This document shows, one piece after another, positions 38,171-49,423 of a stretch of 64,000 nt of DNA. Both the position numbers and the translations under genes were made by a program. Origin of the DNA: Chiloscyllium plagiosum (lineage: Eukaryota); NCBI RefSeq assembly GCF_004010195.1, contig NC_057718.1, forward strand, positions 34,373,239-34,437,238, written 5' to 3'. Position 1 is the first letter of the stretch; every line of letters begins with the position of its first letter. The notes beneath the pieces are model-generated. The model worked only from the letters and a program-made list of their open reading frames with translations. It was not told the DNA's origin and ran no database searches.

Positions 38171-39041
38171 AATGTGGGAAATTTCTGTATTTTATCTGAT
38201 ATTATTTTGGAACATCTAGAGTTAAAATAGGAGCTATCATTCCTTACTAAACATCAAAGTAGACACTGCAATCAGGTCAGCTACAGGAATACAGCTCACA
38301 TCAATCGATCTGATAATTAAATAGCTAAGGAGAGTTTTGTTTTCAGAAGCAGCTCAAAATCTACATTATTTAAGGCCTAGGTCAGGATGACACCCAGATA
38401 ACAAGGATAAATTCCTTTTAGTGTACCAGACAATAATCCTTCACAATGTGCTATTAGACATTGGTAATACAGCGTATCCTTGGTACATCAGAAATTATAT
38501 AAGAATTTGGATTTTTCCTGGAAATTTTAGCTCAGTTCAATTCCTGAAATTGGTGCTGGGACTTTATAGGTCAACACAGAATGCATGCACAGAGAATTGC
38601 ATCACTATGTGTACAAAATCTCTTTCATCCAAAAGTTTAATTATATAATATACAATGTAATAAATATATTTTGAAAATGGATATTTTACAACTTATGGCC
38701 TACTTCTGGACATTAAGCTTGTTTGACTAGATTCTTGTTGTCTCTATCTATTTTTACGATAACATTTGACTTTTTTACGACATGTTCTTTTCAGGCAATG
38801 GCAGGAATGGATTGTGTGAATGATTATGGTCAGTTGTCAATCTTTCTCAGCTACACCAATGTAAATGATCTTGTTTGGTTTGTTGTACTAATTTTCAATC
38901 ATCTTTATTATTTTACCTGTGTGTGTTAAATTGAATGCCACAAACCTTTGGATTAATTTTCAAGTTCTAGAGCACAAATCTTCAATACCATTGCCAGAAT
39001 GTTCTCTGGATCCTAGCCTTTTTAGTATCTAATGCCTTCAA

Positions 39042-39254
39042 TATTTAGAGATGCCGGTGTTGGACTGGGGTGTACAAAGTTAAAAATCACACAACACCAG
39101 GTTATAGTCCAACAGATTTAATTGGAAGCGCTGCTCCTTCATCAGATGGTTGTGCAATCAGGTATAACCACCTGGTGAAGGAGCAGCATTCTGAAAGCTA
39201 GTGCTTCCAATTAAACCTTTTGGACTATAACCTGGTGTTGTGTGATTTTTAACT
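39042..39254. mobile_element. Fold-back Penelope pLTR-derived element, family B, with 12 bp TSD
   Basis: Same arms as 29425-29614. TSD taatgccttcaa at 39030-39041 and 39255-39266. Decayed ribozyme caCCTGGTGAaggagc..TGAAAGCTAgtg. Confidence 0.88.
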
Positions 39255-40299
39255 TAATGCCTTCAACAATGTCTTGAAATCATGTGGAGTGAATCAAGTT
39301 GGCTAAGGACTGGCATCTATGATGCTGTGAACCTCTGGAGGAGACTGAATTGGCCTTTGATAGGACAACCCAAAAGGCAGACTGTTATTTAAGTGGTAGA
39401 GAGATTCCAATAAAGTACAGTGCAGCTGGATCTGGATATTCTTGTGCATGAAATACAAAACATGCAGGTGGAGCAAGCAATTAAAGAGGCAAATGATATT
39501 TTATCCTTTATTGCTAGGGGCTGGAATTTTTTAAAAAAGAGAAGTCTTTAGTACAATTGTCCAGGGTATTTGGTGAGGCCTTGCCTGAATCACAGTACAT
39601 CGTTTTTGTCCCCATATTTCAAAATGGATATGCTGCCATTTTAAAACATCACTCCAAAGGTAGCAGATTTACACAATACTGAAGTTTACGTAGGGAAGAT
39701 CATTAATGAAGAGAAGTCACCTGCACATTTTAGTCAGAGGAGACATGTGATTTCAGGAGACAAAATGCCCCTGTTTGATCACATTTTATTTCTCTTTGAA
39801 TCAAATTTTATGCCTTGAATAATTGCATTTATATACGTAGATGTCATATCATGAGAAAGTAAAACAATTCAACACTATTCACTCTGATGTACCAGACAAA
39901 GAAATAGCTTTCAGTGTTCATTCTGTTAACACTTTATTTCCCACAGTAACTAGCACCTCATACAATTTGCCACTTATACTAATCTATAGTACTGGGTAAG
40001 GGCTGTTTGAGATTGTTGTTACCATTTCATCTCTCTGTTAGCTTTGTCTTGGGCCTATCTAGCAATTAACATTAGAGGCTACACCTCTGCAGAGTATTTA
40101 GGAAGGAGGCATTGTTCTTAGATAATAAGAACATTTATTGCGTGATAGCAATAACCAGTCACCACCACCATGGGAGCTGGGTGGGGGCAGAGTGCTGGAG
40201 CATGTGGAGCATGGTAATGATCAGGACTAAACTCAAAGTCCTGACAGCATGACAGCAACAAATATATATGTTCAGGAATAATCACTTAGACCATATGAA

Positions 40300-41150
40300 G
40301 TTGATATTTGTTGAAAACTAGAGTGGAAAGTCAGTGGCAAAAATTTGACGGAGTTTAAATGTAGGAAAGCGTGAGGTCATGCACTTTTAGAGAAAGAATC
40401 AAAGGCAGACCGGGACGGGAGAGAGAGACTCCTAAAAAGTGCAGTGCAGAGGGATCTGGTGTTCTGGTGCACAAAACAGAAAAGGCTAACATGCAGATGC
40501 AGCAAATAACTAAGACACAAAATGGAATGTTAGCCTTTATTGCCAAGGAAGCAGAGTTTAAAAATTGGGAAGTCTTGTTATAACTGTTGAGGGTGTTGGT
40601 GAGACCACACCTGAGAGTACTGTACACAGTTTTGGTCCATGTTTTAAGCAAGGATTTATTGGCCCTGGAGATTGTTCAAAAGAGATTCATTAGGGTAATT
40701 CCTGGGATGAAGGGGTTGACTTACCAAGAATGGTGAAACAAATTACACCTTTATTCATTTGGCTTATAAGAATAAGATGTGATTTAAGAAAACATACATG
40801 CTTTGGAGAGGGCTGACAGGGTAGATGATAAGATTTTTCTACTTACAGAGGAATCTTGAACTAGAGGACATAGTCACAAAATAAGAGGTCACTAATTCAA
40901 CAATTAGATGCAAAGAAATGTCTCTCCCCAGAGGGTAGTTAATGTCTGGGGTTCTCTACTTCAGAGAATTGTGGAGGCTTGATCACTGAAGGTATTAAGT
41001 GGAGGTAGATAGATACTTGAAATATTGAGCTGATGGCTATGCTGATCCAAATGAAAGAGAAGTTGAGGCCTGGGGCAGATCAGTTTTGATCTTATGGAAT
41101 GGCAGGGTAGGCCTGAGGGACAAAAGTCATACTTCTGCTTGTTATGTTTT
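40300..41150 (+). mobile_element. Old CR1 3' fragment (further piece at ~39370-39640)
   Basis: gagggatctggtgttctggtgcac, ttggtgagaccacacctg (LVRPHL), cagagggtagttaatgtctgg. Confidence 0.8.
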
Positions 41151-41708
41151 TATGTAGAACATGTTGGGAAGATGGCTAACATATTGCTGTATGGCACAAT
41201 ATCACTCTCACTCCTAAAGTGTGCACCAGCAGCCTCGCAGCAAGCTCACTGCAATGAAGTGGCAATGTCTCAAGGTGCAATGTGAGTAATCCACAATCAC
41301 GGCAAGGGAGGCTAACATTACTCAGGGGATCTGGTGCAGAAATTAACAGCATCATCCCAATCTCAATCCAGTGGTTTGTGTGCAGTCAGTCAGTCATCGG
41401 CTGCTTTGGGCAGTTATGGTCAGAGAATCCACCACAGTCTGGGAGGTGGACCATGGTTAGTCTGGCAGGTCGCGTGCACCCAGTCAGGGGATTCTCGGTA
41501 AGTCAGTCAATCGGGGAGCTGCACACAGTTCATTCAGGACAGCCGGGACTATCTGTCGATGTCAGTCAAAGGGATTTGTCATGGTCAATCCTGAAGGGAG
41601 TAGGGTGACAATTAAAGGGGGGAGGTGGGATTATCAGGGGACACTGCTGTATGCAGGCAGTTGATGAATTCAGTGCCTGGAATTGGAGGCAGCAACTGGG
41701 AGGCAAAG

Positions 41709-41895
41709 GGAGAAGTCACACGATACCAGGTTATAGTCCAACAGGTTGATTTGAAATCACACAAGCTTTTGAAGCGTAGCCTCTTCGTCAGGTACAGGTA
41801 TGGGATTTCAAATAAACTTGTTGGTCTATAAAGTGGTGCTATGTGACTTCTGGCTTTGTCCACCCTAGTCTAACACCAGCATCTCTACTTCATGG
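41709..41895. mobile_element. Fold-back Penelope pLTR-derived element related to family B
   Basis: agaagtcacacgataccaggttatagtccaacagg..gatttgaaatc / gatttcaaataaacttgttgg..tgtgacttct, flanked by gcaaagggga. Confidence 0.65.
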
Positions 41896-42003
41896 AATGC
41901 AAAGGGGACAAGGATAATGAAGACGGGAAATTTGAATCAAGATGGAGAGGCAATAGTGAACACATGGACATGGGATTCTATAGCAGGGGATGTAATTGGC
42001 AGT

Positions 42004-42209
42004 GGAGAAAGTGAGGACTGCTGATGCTGGAGATCAGAGCTGAAAAATGTGTTGCTGGAAAAGCGCAGCAGGTCAGGCAGCATCAAAGGAGCAGGAGAAT
42101 CGATGTTTCGGGCATAAGCCCTTTTTCAGGAAATCTCTTGCTCGATTCTCCTGCTCCTTTGATGCTGCCTGACCTGCTGCGCTTTTCCAGCAACACATTT
42201 TTCAGCTCA
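42004..42209. mobile_element. Fold-back Penelope pLTR family A element with 15 bp TSD
   Basis: Long perfect inverted arms. TSD gatgtaattggcagt at 41989-42003 and 42210-42224. Confidence 0.9.
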
Positions 42210-42369
42210 GATGTAATTGGCAGTCACTACTAACATGGCCTCAAATTGGGGGTGGGGGTTGATGGGGGTGGGAAGTGGGGAAGGTGCTGGAGAATGTGGA
42301 GATTGATAATGAACAGGACTAAATGCAGGAAGTAAAAATGACAGCTGAATAATGTAATTCCAGTTGATG

Positions 42370-42775
42370 TAGCTGAATTCATCAGAGGGAAAGGATTCCA
42401 ATTCCATGAATGTACAAGGTCTGTGATCATTGATACCACATCTTAGAAGTCTGCACCAGGTACACTGGCCGCTGCCATGATACCGATGTGACATCTCATG
42501 TTCCTGCTGCATTTCAAGGACCAGATGTCTTACAAGGATGGTTATGAGGAATCAAGGGCTACCAACTCCAACTGTAGCTGATGTGTCCATTATGCAATCC
42601 CAGACTAAGATAGAGTTTATGTGCAAGGTAATTCATTCTTCAAGCAGGACCATGGCAGAGGAGACCACGGGTCTTCTGAAGGTAAGGTTCCACTGCTTAG
42701 ATCTGTTTAGCGAGGGGAGATGGGATGGGAAGGTTCTGTTATACACACTGGACACAATAAGCTGTATAATCCTTG
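42370..42775 (+). mobile_element. Harbinger (HARBI1-type) DDE transposase remnant
   Basis: FIRGKGF..SMNVQ.VCDH..ILEVCTRYTGRCHD and HSSSRTMAEETTGLLKVRFHCLD..LLYTLDTISCII. Confidence 0.75.
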
Positions 42776-44319
42776 AGTACGAGGATTTGAACAATTGAAG
42801 CAGGCAAAGAGAAGGTGTGATGGATACTAAAGTGCTGGGAGAAGGGGATCCCACTATCCCTGTCAACGTTTTGTGTGGAAAAGGTTGCCCCTCAGGTCTC
42901 TTTTAAATCTTTCTCCTCTTATCTTAAAAATATGCCCTGTAGTCTTGAACTCACCTACACTAGGAAAAAGACCTTTGAAATTCACTTTAACTATGTCCCT
43001 TATGATTTTCTAAACCTCTGTAAGGTCACCCCTCAATCTCCTTTGCTCCAGTAAAAAACACAGTATGGCTTAGTGCTTAATCTGTGATAGATGGATGAAT
43101 GTGCATTTACGTGTAAGGTAAGGTATCAGTTGTAGACCTGGGGTTTGCTGTCCCACTGCATGCATGTGAAGGGCCATTTTTGTTTGCCAATGACTAGTGC
43201 ACAACTGGGATTGAAAGATGGTGCCAATGTCAGGGATGCTGGGATATCGAGGTAGTCGTGAATACCAAAGTGATGACTTTGGCGAGCGGGAGAGTATGGC
43301 AGGTAGGCTGCCATTTGGTTGTGGTGCCTAGTTAATGAACTGATTTCGGGACAACAGCATAAGAAATCTCACCAGAGTGAAACCATCCATGACACTTGAC
43401 TGGTCTCCAGTCAGATTCAGCCCCTTGGCTCCACCCTCAAACAGTGGATTGAGCTAATGTGAGATGAACATTAACACCTTCAGAATCATCAAATAATACT
43501 TTTCACAAGGAATTTGATAAATACTTGATGGGGGGACATGGACTAAGTGAAAAGAGCAGGAGAGTGGAATGAATTGGGTAATGTGTTCAAAAGGCCAAAT
43601 GGACTTCTTCTTTACTCTGTCATTCTGTCATTCTCCACTCACTTTAAACATACCAAGCAAACAACCCTTGTGAGTCTTGTTGCATCAATGACCATTGATT
43701 TGTATCTGTTCACCTGCTTTCACAGTTATCTTTCACATTTGCTTTTTGTGTCATTCAAGTTAAACATATTTGTCCATAACTCCACTATTCACATGAATTT
43801 CCACTTATGTGCAAGCTGAAGCTGATGTCCTCTGAAGCCCGTAGTACTAGCTGGCTATTCATGGTTTCATTTCTGTATTGTACAAGAGTTGTCACTTCCC
43901 TCATATTGTTGATTAAATTTGCAGATGTTTGTCATGCATGCTTTCTGCTGTCTGTGCAAGGCCTCCATTTCCTCTAGAAATTGCACAGCCCATGAATACG
44001 TTAGCTCAGGCTGCTATTTATATCTCTTAAAGCATTGCTTAGTTAAATGTTTCACATTCTTACAGGTATTTTTGGGATTGGCTACAGTTGTACCTTATTT
44101 TTAGAAGACCCTAATATATCTAAGCTTCCAACAGATGTGGAGAGTGAAGCTATGTTTTGCAGTTCAAAAAAAAACTCACATGCGTTAACTCCATTGAAGA
44201 CCACTTTGGAAATTAAGAAGAATTTTACCCCTGAATTATTTAAATTCAAATAAATCCCTCACAATTCACTTTTCTTTGTGAACCATTATTTCTGTGGTTG
44301 GATATGTACAGGCAAGTTG

Positions 44320-45220
44320 GGAATAGAAATAGGCCTATTGAACCCTCTTGTCTACTCTGCCATTCAGTAAGATCATGGCTGTTCTGATTATTCTACATTG
44401 CTGCCTACCCCAATATCCTTTCACTCCTTTTTGTATTAAGGATCTATCAACCTCTGCCCGAAAAATACTCAAAGCCATCAACTTCCAACAACTCACGAAT
44501 TTCTGAGAGAAAGATGTTTCTTTATCGCTGTGTTAAACGGGCAATCCCTTATTTTTATACAGTGACCCCTAGTTATAGATTCTTACACAAAAAAAAACAT
44601 CCTTTCCATATTCACCCTGTCAAGATTCTTCAGGATCGTATTTGTTTCAAACAAGTCACCTCTTTCTCTTCTCAACTCCAACAGACACATTTCTAGGCTG
44701 TCCAACCTTTCTTCACAAGGCAACTCATCTATTTTAGGTATTCATCCAGTTAACGTTCTCTGAAAAGTTTCAAATGCACTTTCAGCCTTCCTTTAATAAG
44801 GAGACTAATACTGTACAGACATGGTCTCACCAATGCCCTGTATAACTGAAGTGTACACTCCCTACTTTTGTTATCAACTCCGTTCACAGTAAACAATAAT
44901 GCTCTATTAGCTTTCCTAATTATTTGCTGTACCTGCATACTAACCTTCTGTGATTTGTACATGAGGACAAACAACTCCCTTGGTGTCTTCAAGCTCTGCA
45001 ACCTCTCGCTATGTAGACACATGCTTCTTTTTTAATCATCCTGCCAAAATGAACTATTTCACATTTTCCACATCTTTGTCCAGTCCCTTAATCTATTTAT
45101 ATCCCTTTGTAGTCTCCATATGTCCTTTCACAACTTACTTCCCTACATACCTTTGTGTCATCAACAAAATTAGCAATCATACCTGTCATCCTTTCATCCA
45201 GGTCATTTACGTAAACTACA
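44320..45220 (-). mobile_element. Old CR1 3' fragment (smaller pieces at ~42865-43055 and ~43500-43630)
   Basis: SQKVSMQVQQIIRKAN..LQLYRALVRP on the minus strand. Confidence 0.8.
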
Positions 45221-45511
45221 AACTGACATGGATTTGCAAGCTTAATTCAACATTTTAGGCTGGATTTTGACTCTGGGTTGAGGAATCCTACCACTTCTCC
45301 TTTCTCTCCCTCTCATCCTCTCGAGAGCATGACATTCCAGGGAGAATGCAGTACAATTAAAATGCAGGGCAGTGTTCATGCTCTGATGTTCCTGAACTCA
45401 GTGTTGCAACCTGAAGACTGTTGGGATTCGTCACGCTCCTATGCTAACATTTTTATCCTAATCCTGCTGCAGTGTTCCAGTGAAACCTCATTGCAAACTG
45501 CTCCAGTCTTG

Positions 45512-45534
45512 GTCTCTCTGTCTCTCTCTCTCTG

Positions 45535-45569
<35 letters not shown>

Positions 45570-45604
45570 GTCTCTCTCTCTCTGTCTCTCTCTGTCTCTG
45601 TCTC
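45512..45604. repeat. (CT)n/(CTGT) compound microsatellite
   Basis: gtctctctgtctctctctctctgtctctc... Confidence 0.95.
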
Positions 45605-45973
45605 ATTTTCTAGTGAAGCATGTTACAACCTTCAGGATTCAGCGTTTGAGCTCTCAACAACTTCAGATCATGAACACTGTCCTCCATTTTGATGGCACTG
45701 CCCTATCCAATGTCTTGATGGCATTTATTTACTCTCACAACGAACCTATTTTAGATTACTTACTCCAGTCCCACCTGCTAGTGAGCTTGAAGACCAGCAA
45801 ACTGAAGGTGAGAGGCTTCCAGATATCCTTTTGCTTTTAAAATCACATTGGGATCCAGGGTATGCCATGTACATTCCTGCATATGGGCCTGCGCTGTTGG
45901 TGTTTAAAATTCCAGCCTGTGGGACAAGATGCGATTGACTAATTATGAACCTTGGCATTGTTACTTGGAATAA

Positions 45974-46067
45974 GGGCCTGAAGAAGGGCCTGTGCCCGAA
46001 ACGTCGAATCTCCTGTTCCCTGGATGCTGCCTGACCTGCTGTGCTGTTCCAGCAATAAAGTTTCAAC
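45974..46067 (+). mobile_element. 94 bp Penelope pLTR family A insertion starting at the hammerhead core, with 12 bp TSD
   Basis: cCTGAAGAaGGGCctgtGCCCGAAACGTCgaat. TSD tacttggaataa at 45962-45973 and 46068-46079. Confidence 0.88.
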
Positions 46068-46417
46068 TACTTGGAATAATAGTCAACCACTGAATAGATA
46101 TTACAGATTTTGTTCTAACCTGGCATCTACAGCCCTTGGATAGTATCGTGGAGCTGTCTGATCATTTGTGGGCACAAAGAGCACCATTATTTCTTCACTG
46201 GCTAACTCAGTACAGCCTAACATTAAACCTGAGCCTTGCTGAATCATTACTTGACAGTCACCAGATTAGCTTTTGTGATAAAATTAGGGATAAAACTGGA
46301 ATATACAAAACAAAATTAGGAGAAAGTGAGGCCTGCAGATGCTGGAGATCAGTGTTGAAGAAAAGTTGAAGTTCTAAATTGGAGAAAGGCCAATTTTGAC
46401 ATTATTAGGCAAGAAAG

Positions 46418-46744
46418 GGTGGCACGGTGGCTCAGTGGTTAGCACTGCTGCCTCACAGCACCAGGGTCCCAGGTTTGATTCCAACCTCGGGGCGACTGTC
46501 TGTGTGGAGTTTGCACATTCTCCCCGTGTCTGCGTGGGTTTCCTCTGGGTGCTCCAGTTTCCTCCCACAGGTCCAAAGATGTGCAGGTCAGGTGAATTGG
46601 CTATGCTAAATTGCTCATAGTGTTAGGTGCATTAGCCAAAGGGAAATGGGACTGGGTGGGTTACTCTTCGGAGGGTCGGTGTGGACTTGTTAGGTTAAAG
46701 GGCCTGTTTCCACACTGCAGGGAATCGAATCTAATCTAATCTAA
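46418..46744 (+). mobile_element. HE1-type V-SINE
   Basis: ggcacggtggctcagtggttagcactgctgcctcacagc head; (ctaat)n tail. Confidence 0.9.
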
Positions 46745-46747
46745 TAA

Positions 46748-49246
46748 CTTTCAAAAGCTGATTGGGTGCAGATGTTTCCAGGTAAAGGGACGGCTGGAAA
46801 ATGGGAAGCCTTCAGATATGAGATAACGAGAATCCAGAGAAAGTATATTCCTGTCAGGGTGAAAAAAAAAGGCTGGTAGGCGTAGGGAATGCTGGATGAT
46901 GAAAGAAATTGAGGTTTTGGTTAAGAAAAAGAAGGAAGCTTATGTCAGATATAGACAGGATAGATCGAGTGAATGCTTTGAAAAGTATAAAGGCAGTAGG
47001 AATATACTTAAGAGAGAAATCTGGAGGGCAGAAAGGGGACATGACATAGCTTTGGCAAATAGAATTAAGGAGAATCCAAAGGGTTTTTACAAATGGATTA
47101 AGGACAAAAGGGTAACTAGGGAGAGAATAGGGCCCCTCAAAGATCAGCAAGGCAGCCTTTGTGTGGAGCCACAGGAGATGGAGCAGCTGCTAAAGGAATA
47201 TGTTGCATCAGTATTTACTGTGGAAAAGGATATGGAAGATATAGAATGGAGGGAAATAGGTGGTGAAACCGTGAAAAATGTCCATATTACAAAGGATGAA
47301 GTGCCGGATGTCTTGAAACGCATAAAAGTGGATAAATCCCCAGGACCTGATCAGGTGGACACCAGAACTCTGTGGGAGGCTCGGGAAGTGATTGCTGGGC
47401 CTCTTACTGAGATATTTGCATCATCGATAGTCATAGGTGAGATGCCAGCAGACTGGAGGTTGGCTAATATGGTGCCACTGTTTACGAAGGGTGGTAAGGA
47501 CAAGCCAGGGAACTATACACCAGTGAGCCTGACGTCGGTGGTGAGCAAGTTATTGAAGGGAATCCTGAGGAACAAGGTGTACATGTATTTGGAAAGGTAA
47601 GGACTGCTTAGGGATAATCAACATGGCTTAGTGCCTGGGAAATCATGTCTCACAAACTTGATAAACATTTTTGAAGGAACAACAAAGAGGATTGATGAGG
47701 ACAGAGCGGTAGATGCCATCTATATGGACTTCAGTAAGACATTTTTTTTTAGATTACATTAGATTAGATTAGATTACATTACATTACAGTGTGGAAACAG
47801 GCCCTTCGGCCCAACAAGTCCACACCGACCCGCCAAAGCGAAACCCACCCATACCCCTACATTTACCCCTTACCTAACACTACGGGCAATTTAGCATGGA
47901 CAATTCACCTGACCCTGCACATCTTTTGGACTGTGGGAGGAAACCGGAGCACCCGGAGGAAACCCACGCAGACACGGGGAGAACGTGCAAACTCCACACA
48001 GTCAGTCGCCTGAGGCGGGAAATGAACCCGGGTCTCTGGCGCTGTGAGGCAGCAGTGCTAACCACTGTGCCGCCGTGCCGCCCACAAAGGTTCCCCATGG
48101 GAGACTAGTGATCAAGGTTAGATCTCATGGAATACAGGGAACACTAGCCATTTGGATACAGAACTGACTCAAAGGAAGAAGACAGGGTGGTGGTGGAGGA
48201 TTGTTTTCAGACTGGAGGCCTGTGACCAGTGGTGTGCCACAAGGATCGGTGCTGGGTCCACTACTTTTGATCATTTATATAAATGATTTGGATGTTAGTG
48301 TAAGAGGTATAGTTAGTAAGTTTGCAGATGACATCAAAATTGGAGGTGTAGTGGACAGCAAAGAAGGTTACCTCAGATTACAAGGGGATCTTGATCAGAT
48401 GGGCCAATGGGCAGAGAAGTGGCAGATAGAGTTTAATTTAGATAAATGTGAGGTGTTGCATTTTGGGAAAGCAAACCTTAGCAGGACTTATACACTTTAT
48501 GGTAAGGTCCTAGGGAGTGTTGCTGAACAAAGAGACCTTGGAGTGCAAGTTCATAGCTCCTTGAAAGTGGGGTTGCAGGTAGATAGGATAGTGAAGAAGG
48601 TGTTTGGTATGCTTTCCTTTATTGGTCAGAGTATTGAGTACATGAGTTTGGGAGGTCATCTTGCGGCTATACAGGTTAGGTCACTTGGTTAGGCCACTGT
48701 TGGAATATTGTGTGCAATTCTGGTCTCCTTCCTATCGGAAAGATGCTGTGAAACTTGAAAGAGTTCAGAAAAGATTTACAAGGATGTTGCCAGGGTTGGA
48801 GAATTTGAGCTATAGGGAGAGGTTGAATAGGCTAATGCTGTTTTCCCTGAAGCTTTGAAGGCTGAGGGGTGACCTTATAGAGATTTATAAAATCATGAGG
48901 GCCATGGATAGAGTAAATAGACAAGGTCCTTTCCCTGGGGTCATGGAGTCCAGAACTAAAGGGCATAGGTTTAGGGTGAGGGGGGAAAGATATACACGAG
49001 AACTGAGGGGCAACATTTTCATGCAGAGGGTGGTATGTGTACGGAATGATCTGCCAGAGGAAGTGGTGGAGGCTAGTACAATTGCAACATTAAAAAGGCA
49101 TCTGGATAGGTATATGAATATGAAGGGTTTGGAAGGATATGGGACAGGTGCTGGCAGGTGGGAATAGATTGGGTTGGGATATTTGGTCAGCATGGACGGG
49201 TTGGACCGAAAGGTCTGTTTCCATGCTGTACATCTCTATGACTCTA
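46748..49246 (+). mobile_element. 5'-truncated CR1 LINE; ORF2 pseudogene with RT domain
   Basis: ORFs 46896-47600 (KSPGPD, DWRLANMVPLF, YTPVSLTSVVSK) and 48201-48692 ([21 protein letters not shown]). Stops and frameshifts present; intact 3' tail. Confidence 0.95.
47742..48083 (-). mobile_element. HE1-type V-SINE inserted in the CR1 RT coding region
   Basis: Splits gacttcagtaagacatt / caaaggttccccatgg (the DFSKAFDKVPH motif). Confidence 0.92.
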
Positions 49247-49423
49247 AGTGTGATGCTGGAAAAGCACAGCCAGTCAGGCAGCATCCGGAGAACAGGAGAA
49301 CTGATGTCTTGGGCATATGCTCTTCATTCATTCCCAATGAAGAGCTTATGCCCAAAACATCGACTCTTCTGTTCCTTGGATGCCGACTGACCTGCTGTGC
49401 TTCTCCATCACCACACCTTTTTT
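49247..49423. mobile_element. Fold-back Penelope pLTR family A element abutting the CR1 tail
   Basis: gctggaaaagcacagc..gggcatatgctcttca / tgaagagcttatgccc..gctgtgcttctcca. Confidence 0.8.

Noticed and set aside
44065..44253. Possible exon after cttacag (GIFGIGYSCTLFLEDP...)
   Set aside because: No recognisable homology, no convincing donor site, and an A-run within the frame.
45278..45692. Ser/Leu-rich ORFs
   Set aside because: Translation of the (CT)n microsatellite.
46418..46495. tRNA-like A/B boxes as a tRNA gene
   Set aside because: Head of an HE1 SINE, followed by the V-domain and LINE-type tail; five copies occur in the window.
46896..48858. Reverse-transcriptase ORFs as a functional gene or novel RT system
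   Set aside because: Ordinary CR1 ORF2 with stops, frameshifts, a SINE insertion and no 5' end.
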